Shown here: piece by piece, positions 24,467-35,556 of the stretch
How positions within the stretch are numbered: position 1 is the stretch's first letter
Layout: each line of letters starts with the position of its first letter
Origin: Monocercomonoides exilis PA203
Taxonomy: Eukaryota > Protista > Preaxostyla
Reading direction: 5' to 3'
Assembly: GCA_001643675.2 (NCBI GenBank)
Contig: LSRY02000032.1
Coordinates: 434,001-498,000, forward strand
DNA: 64,000 nucleotides
Program-made: the position numbers and the translations under genes
Notes under the pieces: generated by a model
The model's input: the letters and a program-made list of their open reading frames with translations, nothing else
The model's database searches: none
Told to the model about the DNA's origin: nothing

Positions 24467-27010
24467 ATGAAGCTTCTGACTGTTATCCTGGGATGCACGC
24501 TGAGTATTTGGCGGTGCCTTGCAGCGGACAATGTGTATTTTGTGCAGGAAGGCGGGAAAGGCGATGGGAAAACGATTTTTGGCCCTTCTCCGTCTGTGGA
24601 GGCAGTTGCCAGCCATTTGCTACAAGACGGCAACACAGACGAAATAGAGATTGTTATTGTGGAGGGGGCGTCTGGTTTTCGAGGCAGTCGCGCACATTTT
24701 GGGAGCAATGCTTCTGTCAGAATATGCGGGGCTGTGAGTGCGCGGGAGGGGGTGAGCAACGGGCAGGAAAATGCAGCCATAACGTGTGCGGTGGGGGGAT
24801 GGGAAGATGGCAGCCTGTACGAGTACCATGCGCGGTTGGAGTTCAGGAACGTGTTTTTTGTTTTATCGGGGTGTGGCGAAGGCCAGGAAGGAGCAGACAG
24901 AGATTGTGCGGTGATAGCATCGGAGGCGAGGTGTGGAGAGAGGTTGGGGCTGAGGGCGTGCTGCTTCAAGGGAGCAGGCGGAGCGCAGGGTGTGGAGAGC
25001 GTGATGGCTCATCTTGTGAAGGTGACCAGCGGGAGCCTGGTGCTGGACGATGTGCGGTGCGGGGCAGGCAGCAACTCGCCGCTTGTCTTCGGGGTGAGTC
25101 CGTTTGCGGTGAATGGGGGCGATTCTGTTGTCCTTCGGGATGTGTCGCTGAGCCGAATTGTGGTGAAGGGGAGCGATTCGGCTGTTGTGTCGGTGGTTGG
25201 GCCAGACGCGAAGGCGCTTGAGGTGACCATAGAGCGGTGCGTGTTTGATCGGTGCGTGTCTGAGGCTTCGCGGACAGCAGGGGCGGTGAGTGTGACATCG
25301 CGGCACGAGCACAGCCGGTTTGTGGTTGGAGAGGAGGGGAAGACGAGATTTGAGGGGTGCTGTGCGCCTGCAGGGAAGGCGGAGAGCCTGTGGGTGGAGC
25401 TTGGAGGCGAGGCAGCAGAGACAAACTGGGGACTGTGCGACGGGTGTGTGATGTTTTCAGCGGAAGATGGTGCTGGGGAAGGGGAGAAGGGAGCCAAGCC
25501 GTTGTTCTGGGTGGTGGTTGGAGCGCTTGAGTTTTGCGGGTTTGGAGGATCAGGCACATCAGGGACAGACGCACTCTGCTCGAGGGCATTTGCGATCATT
25601 GACACAGAAGGCAGCGGGAAGGGAGACGAGAGAAGAGAAAGCAGGCAGAATGGCGAGCAGGAGGCGATTGGAGCGAACAACATCAAAAGCACCGAAAGCA
25701 CTGAAAGTGCCAAAAACATGAACGGCATTGGTGGGAGTGGTGTTGAAGCAAAGCAGAGTGGGGCAGGGATGGGAGGGTTGGGAGGGCTGGGTGCAGGCGG
25801 AAACAGCATCACGTCGCTGCCGTCGTTTGTGGTGATGCTGATTGTGCTGATAATAGTGATACTGTTCCGACTGCGGCTGGTGACGGTGGCGCAGCACACG
25901 ATTGTGGCGGTGGAGGAAGAGGAGGAGACAGCGACAGAGGACGATGCGCTGGCAGAGCTTGCGCAAGGGCAGAAGATGGCAGAGCGGGGCAGGGGCGTGG
26001 TGCGGCGAGAGGTGGGGCCGGGCGGGAAAGGGCCGGGGGTGCAGGGGAAGGCAGCAGCAGAGGCAGAGCTGAACAGGATGAAGAAGAAAGGGAAAGGGCC
26101 GGGAGGCGAGGGAGGCGGGGGAGCAGGGGGCGTGGGGGGAGACAAGAACTTTGGGAATGTGCGGCTGAGCGAGCGGGGGAAGGCGATCGAGAAGGCGATG
26201 CAGAAGTTTGTGATTCCCGAGAGCCAGCTGCTGAACTCGAAGCATCTGGCGAGCGGGGGATTTGCGGATGTGTTCACGTGCGACTGGAACGACACGCGGG
26301 TGGCAGTGAAGCGGATGAAGCCGACGCTGCCGGACCGGGAGCTGGAGAACTTCCTGATAGAGATGGAGCTGATGAGCAAGCTGCACCACCCGAACCTGGT
26401 GCGGCTGGTGGGGTGCGGGTTCCGGCCGTACTTTATTGTGATGCAGTATGTGTCGCGGGGGTCGCTGCACGACCTGCTGGTGGACCACCGGACGCCGCTG
26501 ACGTGGAAGATCACGCGGCAGTTCTCGCTGGACATTGCGAAGGCGCTGTGGTACATGCACACGATGAAGACGCCGATGACGCACCGGGACATCAAGTCGG
26601 GGAACATCCTGGTGGACCGGGACTGGTCGCTGAAGATGACAGACTTTGGGCTGTCGCGGCCGGAAGACCCGCCGGATCTGGTGGTGGTGAATGTGCTGGG
26701 CACGCCGCAGTGGACGGCTCCGGAGGTGCTGAAGCGGAAGCCGTACTCGCTGAAGGCGGATGTGTACAGCTATGCGATTGTGATGTGGGAGCTGATCAAC
26801 CGGCGGGTGCCGTACCAGGGGAAGAACCTGCTGGAGATTGTGAACCACGTGGCGAACAAGAAGGGGCGGCCAGACATGCCGGCGAAGCTGCCGCCGCACG
26901 TGATTGTGCCGTTCAAGGAACTGATGGAGAGGGCGTGGGACCACGAGCCGAAGAACCGGCCGTCGATGCGGGACATTGTGAACGAGCTGCTTGCGATGCC
27001 TCCCGAATGA
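24467..27010 (+). CDS. Single-pass receptor-like tyrosine-kinase-like (TKL) protein kinase
   Basis: Signal peptide MKLLTVILGCTLSIWRCLA, Cys-rich ectodomain, TM FVVMLIVLIIVILF, and an intact kinase domain: LASGGFADVF, VAVK, LHHPNLV, HRDIKSGN, DFGLSR, GTPQWTAPE, DVYSY, RPS. Intronless. Confidence 0.93.
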   Translation: MKLLTVILGCTLSIWRCLAADNVYFVQEGGKGDGKTIFGPSPSVEAVASHLLQDGNTDEIEIVIVEGASGFRGSRAHFGSNASVRICGAVSAREGVSNGQENAAITCAVGGWEDGSLYEYHARLEFRNVFFVLSGCGEGQEGADRDCAVIASEARCGERLGLRACCFKGAGGAQGVESVMAHLVKVTSGSLVLDDVRCGAGSNSPLVFGVSPFAVNGGDSVVLRDVSLSRIVVKGSDSAVVSVVGPDAKALEVTIERCVFDRCVSEASRTAGAVSVTSRHEHSRFVVGEEGKTRFEGCCAPAGKAESLWVELGGEAAETNWGLCDGCVMFSAEDGAGEGEKGAKPLFWVVVGALEFCGFGGSGTSGTDALCSRAFAIIDTEGSGKGDERRESRQNGEQEAIGANNIKSTESTESAKNMNGIGGSGVEAKQSGAGMGGLGGLGAGGNSITSLPSFVVMLIVLIIVILFRLRLVTVAQHTIVAVEEEEETATEDDALAELAQGQKMAERGRGVVRREVGPGGKGPGVQGKAAAEAELNRMKKKGKGPGGEGGGGAGGVGGDKNFGNVRLSERGKAIEKAMQKFVIPESQLLNSKHLASGGFADVFTCDWNDTRVAVKRMKPTLPDRELENFLIEMELMSKLHHPNLVRLVGCGFRPYFIVMQYVSRGSLHDLLVDHRTPLTWKITRQFSLDIAKALWYMHTMKTPMTHRDIKSGNILVDRDWSLKMTDFGLSRPEDPPDLVVVNVLGTPQWTAPEVLKRKPYSLKADVYSYAIVMWELINRRVPYQGKNLLEIVNHVANKKGRPDMPAKLPPHVIVPFKELMERAWDHEPKNRPSMRDIVNELLAMPPE

Positions 27011-28035
27011 GCATTTCAGATGAAGGGCGGTGGAGGGGGAGAGGGAGAGGGAGGGGAAAAAGAAAGAGGGGGTTGCATTGGTGGTGGTTGTGGAAGTGGT
27101 GGTGCTGGCAACTCTCTCTCATTCTCTCTCATTCTTTTTTCTTGGTTGTTCGTTTTTCTTTTTAAAATGGGAAGAGTTTTGTGGCAGAAGCAACATCAAT
27201 GGCAGGATTGAGCACTTCACTGGTGTGTGTTGGGTTGGCGGTGTGCTTGCAATGCGAGCACAGCTTTGGGTGTGCTGTGTGTCTGAGGAGAGGGAAAGGT
27301 GGCAGTTTGCAGATGGAGCTGCCAAATGCGTGTGAGAGGCGGGGCGGGTGCTGGCAGCTGCAGACAGATGTTTGATGTGGGCTGATTCTGAAAAATGTGT
27401 TCTTTGTCTTTAGCACTTCGGTGTATTCTTCAATCACATCACATTTTTGTATTCTGAACGTTTTTGTTTTGTTTTGTTTCTTTTTCAGTTTTATGTTAAT
27501 GTTATTATTGTGATTGTTGTTATTGTTTAGTTTGTTTTTTTGCTTGTATGCTCTGCCTTGTTCAATTATTATATTCTTCAGATTTTGTGTTATGTTTGCT
27601 GTTGTTTTTCACATCAACTGATTCATCTGTTTTCAACAGAACTGCTTTTTTTTCGATTTGTGTGTGTTTTCTTGACTCTTTTCTTGCGCTTGAGAGCAGC
27701 GAGCCAACTGCAAGAGGAAGCAATAGACAGTGAAATGCACATGCATTCGTATAAACTTTGAAGGTGCAATTGCGTTGAACAGTGCATCATCAAAAAATAA
27801 ATTAAAAAATCATTTATTGTTTCAAATAGAAATCCTTTAGATTTTGAGATGAATCGGGAAAAAGAGAATCCTTTTGTTTCAAATTCTTATTCATCAGAGT
27901 TGTGTCTTGTTTTCACCCGACAATGTTTTCTTTCTGCAAAGTATTTCTTTTTCTTTTGACAAAAAAAGTTTATGATGATCTTGGCCATATTATTGATAAC
28001 ACTTTTTGTTGTTGAACGATTTTCTTGGCTCTTTT

Positions 28036-29745
28036 ATGAATACACTTTGGTTTGCGTTCATTTGCGCCGCGGGGCTGAATGTGCTTGAAGTGCAAGCAGG
28101 AGCTGTGGAGATGACCACTCTTGGGGCTTCAGGCAGAGAAAATGGAATTGGTTGCTTGGCGAAGGCAGCGAATTCCTCAGTGAGAATTGTGCATGCCAAG
28201 CTGGTGGGCCTGCAGGAAGGCTCAATTGGCGCGTTTGTGGCAGGTTCTGAAGCGGTCCTGGAGGGATGTGTGGTTGAAGCGACAAACACCGAAAAGTCAC
28301 CTTTTTTGCTTGATGGATCGTCGCTGATTGCAAATGGCATCGAGCTTGGAATGCCACGGGATCGCGCCGTTGCATGTTTTTGCGAGTGCAGAGGCATGCA
28401 GGAGACAGTGATGCTGAGGAACACGATGTTTGGAGAATTTGTGTGTGTGGGAAGTGGCTCTTTCCTTCCTGTGCAGGGGAAGAGCGTGAGTGCAGAGGGC
28501 TGTGAATTCCGGAATGTTACAAAGCAAACTGGATTTGTTGGGCTCCTGCATGCGCCCGGGTGTTTGGAGACGCATTTGAGTGGATCGAGCTTTTTAGATT
28601 GCCAGAACGTTTTTTATGGCGGAGTCATGGGAGGGATGAATGTGCACGGGTTTGCTTCGAGCAATTGCAGCTTCTGCCGGTGCGCACACAACTTGCAATT
28701 TCGGTTGGGTGCAAATGGGCTGCTTGGACAGGCAGTTGGAGTGTCACACGAGGGAAAGACATTCTCTTCCACACAGATAGTTGGTAATGGAGTTTCAACT
28801 TTTACAGATTGCACATTCTCGTCGTGCAAAGGAATAGGTGGTGGAGGACTTGTTATTGGATCAGCAACAGCGGAGGTTATTTCGTGCACTTTTGAAACTT
28901 GCTTGGCTGTGGTTGGAGGGGGTGCATTGTTATCTTCAGAACATGGTTCTGTTGTTGTTTTGAAGTCAAGCAATTTTATTGGATGCACTGCTACAGGCGG
29001 GGAATTGCTTGGGATAGGCCCTGGGATGACTCAAGGTGGAGCAATTCTCATTAGTGATGGAAAGTGCAAAATGACAGATGTAAGTGGAGAAGGGTGCATT
29101 GCTGGTGCGGGAGGGTTTATGGCAGCAGAACTGAGCTTCGAAACAATATGGGAGGGACTGACAATAAAGAAGTGCAGGACGACAACAGGGAGTGGAACAG
29201 ACTGTGGTGGGGCATTCTTCTTTTCGGAGATTGAGTCATTGACAATCAAGGAGGCAGTGATTGAGAGATGCGAGGCTGGGTTCAGCGGAGGTGCAATGAC
29301 ATTTTTGTTTGTTGATAATGCTTCGTTGCTTCACATTCTGGACAGCAAATTTAAAGAAAACAAGGCGAAAGGAAACGGTGAAAAGTTTTTCAAAACATTG
29401 AATTATCCGTCAAAGGAAAGATTTGAGATTACAAAAGAGATGTATGCGAGCGACATATTTATTGCTACGAACAAGACAAAGGGGGAATTTACGAAAGATA
29501 ATTTTGAGGGCACGACTTCGTCGAGCAGGAAGCCACGGACATACAGCCGTTCACAAGGGAATTTTGATGATATGATGAAAAGTGCGCTGTCAACTGGTGG
29601 GATTGTTGGACTTGTTATAGGCTTAGTAGCAGCTGCAATTATTATTGTGGTTGTTGTAATTGTGGTTGTGTATGTTGTGAAGAAAAGAAAGAGGATGAAC
29701 GCAGATAGGAGCAATGAATTGCTTTTAATTGGAGCAACAAGATAA
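28036..29745 (+). CDS. Type I membrane surface protein with PMP/pectin-lyase-like right-handed beta-helix repeats
   Basis: Signal peptide, repeated xCxFxxC...GGG/GGA(I/L/F/M) motifs, C-terminal TM IVGLVIGLVAAAIIIVVVVIVVVYVV followed by KKRKR. Intronless. Confidence 0.8.
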   Translation: MNTLWFAFICAAGLNVLEVQAGAVEMTTLGASGRENGIGCLAKAANSSVRIVHAKLVGLQEGSIGAFVAGSEAVLEGCVVEATNTEKSPFLLDGSSLIANGIELGMPRDRAVACFCECRGMQETVMLRNTMFGEFVCVGSGSFLPVQGKSVSAEGCEFRNVTKQTGFVGLLHAPGCLETHLSGSSFLDCQNVFYGGVMGGMNVHGFASSNCSFCRCAHNLQFRLGANGLLGQAVGVSHEGKTFSSTQIVGNGVSTFTDCTFSSCKGIGGGGLVIGSATAEVISCTFETCLAVVGGGALLSSEHGSVVVLKSSNFIGCTATGGELLGIGPGMTQGGAILISDGKCKMTDVSGEGCIAGAGGFMAAELSFETIWEGLTIKKCRTTTGSGTDCGGAFFFSEIESLTIKEAVIERCEAGFSGGAMTFLFVDNASLLHILDSKFKENKAKGNGEKFFKTLNYPSKERFEITKEMYASDIFIATNKTKGEFTKDNFEGTTSSSRKPRTYSRSQGNFDDMMKSALSTGGIVGLVIGLVAAAIIIVVVVIVVVYVVKKRKRMNADRSNELLLIGATR

Positions 29746-31541
29746 TGAGAAACTTTATCAGAGGATCAAGCAGATTAAGAGATCAGCTGATCTTTTCTGC
29801 TTATTTTTTGTTTTTCTGTTCTTGTTTTGTTTTGAAAGAGAATCGACCTTTTTTTATTCTTTCCACTCTCTCTTTCTCTCTTTTTTTTTCAAACAAATTC
29901 CAGCGAATATGTATTTGATGGTTTCGTTATCAGCATATTTTCGTTCTCTAATAAATGAACTTTTTTTTTTTTCATTTTTAATTTATTTATTTATTTATTT
30001 ATAATCTAATATGTATGTTTTTCATTCGATTTGCCTTTGTTTGAAGGCAATTTTTTTGATTGACATTTTTTTGAGACAAGCAGAGTTGATGATTCAAGTG
30101 TTTCTGCAAAATCATCAAAGAACCCTCTTATTTTTCATCAAATGAGCTTTTATATTTTGTGATTTCATTATTTTGTTTAATGTTTGATTATCCTTACAAT
30201 TTTGTTTCCTGTTTTCTTTCCTGGTTGCTTTCCTTTTTGGTTGCTTGATTTTTAACCAGAGATACAACCGCATTGAGAAGTGCAGATGTTGATTTTTTTG
30301 CTGGTTTTCTATATCTTCGCTCAACAACAGCGATGACATGGTTACTTGTTATGCTTTCCATTTGTTTTTATTATCGTTTGAGATTTTTTTCTTTTTCTTT
30401 TCTGCCTTCTTCAGTCGTTGATTTGTTTGGGAAACGTAAATTATTTATTACAATGAAAGCAATCAACAACAGAGCCCAAAAAATAAATAAATCTTTATTT
30501 TTGTAAAAACTTGAAGCAATTATCTCAAAAGCGAGAGTTAGAAATTTGGGGGAAAAAAATAAACCAAAAAAAAACAGCATTCAACATTCAAACAAACGCC
30601 TAATAATGTTATTACACCTTGTTCGTATTTTCATTCCTTCAAAATAACACTTTTGTTTGTGAAAGTCTTTTTCAGTGTTTGATGTCTATTTAGTCAAATT
30701 TTTAATTTCTTTGCATCGAGAAAGAAACGACTGTCGCAAACACCTTAAAAGAGACAGAGTTGGAAGATAGAAGAACACATAATTGCACTCACTGAAGGAG
30801 AATATATGAATAAGATCGTTTCTTAACACTTTCAAAGAGTGGGCGAATGAGTAACCTCCATCACTTTACCAATTTCAGATAATGATCCATCTTCTTCATT
30901 TATCTTTTAAGATGTATTTGTTTCTTTTCTTCTTTTATTAGTGTTGAGACCAACAAAAAAAAATGAAATGAAATGCCACAATTAGATTCATTTTTGCTAT
31001 AGAAAGCTTCAAAATGATCCTCTCATGCTTTTTAAAATAAAGCTGATTCTAATTCTGTTCCTTTTCCACTGTAACAAATGACTTTGTTATCTAAATTCCC
31101 TGAGAAATTGTTATTGCTCTTTCTTCTTCGATTCATTCTCTTCTTGTGTTTATCGAAGGATGTTCAACCATTGAAGAACTGGGCTCGTTGTTAAATGATA
31201 AAGATATAGGACGTATAATTGAATGAAGTGTGAATTCCATTTCAGATTTCCTTGGTTTCAAGAATCCTCAAGACAAAAGAGAAATGCGGAAGAGAAAAGT
31301 TGAAAAAAAAAAAACTGGAGGAGGCTGAAAACTGATTGAAATGGAATATCAGACAAAAAGTGTATTGTAAGAGTATTGGGCACAAAAGATTCGATGAAAA
31401 CTAGTGATCGGAAAGGTAGCAAAATTTTCAACGAAATAGAAATGAAAATTCACTGATTTCATTATTTTCATATTTTTGGAATAATGATCAAAACAAAATA
31501 TTGTTATATCGAATAATGGTATGATCAATTTGAAGATTATC

Positions 31542-32087
31542 ATGGCTGCAGCCAACGTTCAAACAACTGCTCAACAATTTATTGTTCATTATTTTGATTG
31601 CTTGGATAACAAAAAGCCTCAACTTTCTTCGCTATATGTTTGCTGATCGGCATTTGTTAACATTGTCATAACAATTATATTTTTATCTAATCACTCATTT
31701 GTTTCGTTTGTTTAATTTATTCCACAAATATATACACATAGAATGATGCGTCGATCATGAATTGGGAATCAGAAGTCTTTGTTGGCAAAAATATTCTTGG
31801 AAAATTGGGAGGTTTTCCACAAACAAAGCACAGCATTCAAGCTGTGGATGTACAGCCTAGCGCACAACCAAATGCAATCCATATTGTGGTTGTTGGGCAG
31901 CTTTTTGTTTGCTCTTTCTTTAATATAAAATTTTCTCTGAATAAGTTGTGTTTTCGATAAATAAAAAAATATTTAGTCAATAGGCCAAAGTGTTGGACTT
32001 CCTTTCGTTGAAAGCTTTTTCCTTGTACCTTCCGGTACTTCATATATCATTTCTAACCAATTTTTGAGATGGATGAACGCACTTTAA
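31542..32087 (+). CDS. NTF2: Nuclear transport factor 2 family protein (3 exons)
   Basis: MAAANVQTTAQQFIVHYFDCLDNKKPQLSSLY / SIMNWESEVFVG..TKHSIQAVDVQPS..IVVVGQL / PFVESFFLVPSGTSYIISNQFLR. These match the NTF2 fold pattern. Confidence 0.85.
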
Positions 32088-32382
32088 GACTGCGTTAAGA
32101 TATTTTATTCTTTGGATGGCATTTGCAGATTTATTCTTCATTTCAAATATTTTCGTCTTCTCTTCAAGAAAGATAAACATTACATTTAAACTTTATTACG
32201 TTGAATTTATACGAAGACGCATTATTTCTCCATTTTTAAATTTTTCAGCGATTGTCGAAAGTAGAAATAAAAAAAGTGAAATGAAAAAAGAAATGAGAAT
32301 GTCAAATGATGCAAAAAATTTTTTTGCAACTAGTAAAATATGAAGAAAGATAATTACAACAGATTAGGATCATAATTTTATG

Positions 32383-33087
32383 TTATGCTGGCTTTTCCTG
32401 TAATTCAGTAGTCAGCCAATCTAATCCAGCTTGTATTCCATCTCCAGTAGCTGAAGAACAAGGTTGCATGTACCATTGTCTTCCTTCGCAAAGTTTGTCA
32501 ATTTCCAGACTTTTGGCAATCTCTGCTGTTGAAAGACAATTCTCTTTATCTTGTTTTGTTGCATAGAATAAAATAGGAACTTGCCTAATTTTCATTTGTT
32601 TGAATTCAAAAATAATTTAATTTTTCATACCTGCTCTCTTGATTACTCACAACAAGAGACAATACTTCTTTCACGCAATCATCACATTCCATTGTCTCGC
32701 ATGCAATCCGTTGTCTGTCAGTCGAATCTATAACAAAAATAATTCCATCAGCTCCAGTGTAATAATGGTGCCAAAGTCTTCGTATTGTTTTTGTTGCGCA
32801 AACATCCCACATCAGAAAAACAATATTTCCAAAACCAATCTCTTCATAATTGAAACGATCAGTTGGCATTGTTTGAACTTTTGTCCCTTCCTTATACCAA
32901 TATAATATTGAAGTTTTTCCACTTCCTTTTAATGATAGTGCAATTATTGATTCAGATTATTTCAATTAAAAAAAAGGGGGTAAATAAAGTTTTAAAATAA
33001 AAAATGCTCACCATCCAATCCTAAAATAACAACTTTTCGTTCTTTTGTTTTTGAAAAGCCAACAGTGCGAGAACAGCATCCTCCCAT
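32383..33087 (-). CDS. Divergent ADP-ribosylation factor (Arf/Arl) family small GTPase (3 exons)
   Basis: MGGCCS..KVVILGLDGSGKTSIL, PTDRFNYEEI, FLMWDVCAT..IRRLWHHYY.GADGIIFVIDSTDRQRI, PILFYATKQD, RQWYMQPCSSATGDGIQAGLDWL. Confidence 0.92.
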
Positions 33088-33324
33088 TGGCAAAAAAAAA
33101 TAATAATTAGCAAATAATTCGATCTTTTTCCATTGTTTTATTCATTATTCTTTATTCATTAAAAATGAAGTTACCAAATTTGAATAATAATTGTTAATCC
33201 GGATTTTCAAAAACTTGAAGGCAACATTTTAAATTATTTCAATTTTAAGTCCATTTAATATCATTAAGAATATAATTTCAAAGAAGTTAATAATTTTTTT
33301 TTCAAAAAAAGATTGTAGTTAAAC

Positions 33325-34170
33325 TTAATTGTGTGCATGAAGTGCTTTCTCCATCACATATGGGTTCTCTTTCACAAGTTTAACATTGAGACCATCAGGA
33401 ACAATTTTGCCTGATGCGCGCAGTTTCCTGTATTGGTCTTGTGTGTATTTTGTGAATCCCCATTTGTCAGAAACAACAACCTTTTGCCTTCCTGGGAATT
33501 TCATTGAAGCACGACGAAGACCTTCAACAAATGCAGCTTTGCACTTTTCTGGTCCACGAACAGAGATGATAACGTCTCCAATATCCACACGTGCAACAAG
33601 ACCGCATGGTTTTCCCCATGCACCTCTCATTCCTGTTTGAAGTCTGAAATGAATTATAAAAATTTTTGAAATAACGAAATATGAAAACATGTTTCTAGCA
33701 AACCTATCAGCACCTGCACATGAAAGCATCTTGTTAATTCTGATAACATGGAACGGATGAGCACGAACACGAATGTGGAATGCATCTTTTCCTCCGTATT
33801 TTGTGACATATTTGTTGACAGCAACACGTGCTGCTTCGAGTGCTTCACTTGAAAGTTGTTCCTTCTCAAGAGAAACAAGATGAACACAAAGAGGGAATTC
33901 ATCAACGGTCGCAGTTTTTCTGCCTAAGTCAAAGTTTCTAATCTTTGGATCTGGAACACCACGGTTAAAACGAGATTTTGGAAATGGTCTGTTTTTCTGG
34001 TAACGATAGCAACGTGCTGGTCCTAAAATACGGAATGATAAAGATATTCATTGAAAATGAGCATTGATCAAATGAACAGCAAAATATGCCAAGAAAAATA
34101 TATGCATAACATGAAATAAATGAATATATTTCATTTTTCATATTTTCAACAAAAGCAAACTTCTCCCCAT
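33325..34170 (-). CDS. RPL10: 60S ribosomal protein L10 (uL16/QM), 3 exons
   Basis: [32 protein letters not shown]...[12 protein letters not shown]...[25 protein letters not shown]...KFPGRQK. Confidence 0.98.
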
Positions 34171-35158
34171 CAATAAAAATGTCAAATTGACTGATCTAGT
34201 CTTAATTGAGGAAATAAAATATACTCAGACATTGGGATTTGATCAACAGCTTTTTCTTTAATCATACTTTTGTGAAAAGAAGGTTGTCGCAAATTGCGTT
34301 TTTCATATTTAAAGAAATTAAAAGTCTAACCCTACAAGAACCTGGTTTAAAGGTGTAGTAATGTAATATTTAACAAAATGATGATATTTTTATTATTTAT
34401 GCAAAAGAATTGTTGAGCTGTTATTTAAGTTTTGAAATAGCTTTTGACGATTCTATGAATGATAAAAGGCGAATCTGAAATTATTATAAGAAAACAAATT
34501 AAATTTTTTTCCATTTGTTTTGAAATTTTCTTGTGAAATTGTACCTTTGTTATTTTTTTTTTACCTTTTTTGTTTTACTAATAATTTATCATTGCTTCTC
34601 TTTATCATTTAGAATGAAGTGTGCATTAAAATTGTTTCCGAAAAAAATTCATCTTTTTCTTTAATTTTCTTATTTATTTTAAAAGCAACTTGAATTTATA
34701 AATGTTTTCTAATTTTTGAAATTTTGTCATTTCAAGCGTTTTGTTCTTAAAAAGTTAAAAATATTCGAATGTCTGTCTTTATGCAAAATAATTTATGATT
34801 AATATGATTGATAAGTTTATGGGGCAAAATTCTTGTATTTATGAAAAAAATTCAAATTTGTTCCAATTTTATTTCTCCATCATACCTTCATAAGTCCTAC
34901 ACTCCCAGGCATAATAATAAAGGGAAAAAAAATTCTTAATGAAAAATCCGTTGTATCGAATGAAAAGGAATTTTCATTTCAAAAAACAATTTTTTGTTTT
35001 AATAAATATGAATTCATATGATAGAAAAATTATGATCGACGATCACATTGATCTGAACTTTCAAATGAGAAATTTCCAAGAAATAAGAAATTATTTATAT
35101 AAACAGGGAATTATTGCAAAAAAACACCTTGCAAAAGTCAGAATTTACACAGACAAAG

Positions 35159-35556
35159 TGCAGAATGTGTATAAAATATTGGACATCGCAATATTCCCGA
35201 CAAGATCGTGTTTCTCAACAACTTCAAGACGAATAATTCTTATAAAATTTCTCGAAATATTCCTTATCTGCACTTACTCTTTTGGCAAACCAGACTTCCA
35301 TTCTCTTGTTCATTGAATATTTCGAAAATAATTATTGAAATATCGGAGAAACTCAAAATCCTCTTTCTCCGATATTTCAATTATTATTTTCGAAATATTC
35401 AATGAACAAGAGAATGGAAGTCTGGTTTGCCAAAAGAGTAAGTGCAGATAAGGAATATTTCGAGAAATTTTATAAGAATTATTCGTCTTGAAGTTGTTGA
35501 GAAACACGATCTTGTCGGGAATATTGCGATGTCCAATATTTTATACACAGTCTGCA
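35159..35556. repeat. Long near-perfect inverted repeat (hairpin): arms of about 193 bp, 12-nt loop
   Basis: 35159-35351 is the reverse complement of 35364-35556, with 2 mismatches seen by eye. The ORF track shows mirror-image peptides on both strands. Confidence 0.95.

Noticed and set aside
30560-31340. Possible gene on the minus strand
   Set aside because: There are stops in all frames, no consistent splice model and no recognisable motif.
34220-34270. Box C/D snoRNA upstream of RPL10 (ATGATTA...CTGA on the minus strand)
   Set aside because: The C box is imperfect, the element is very short, and I could not match the guide to rRNA.
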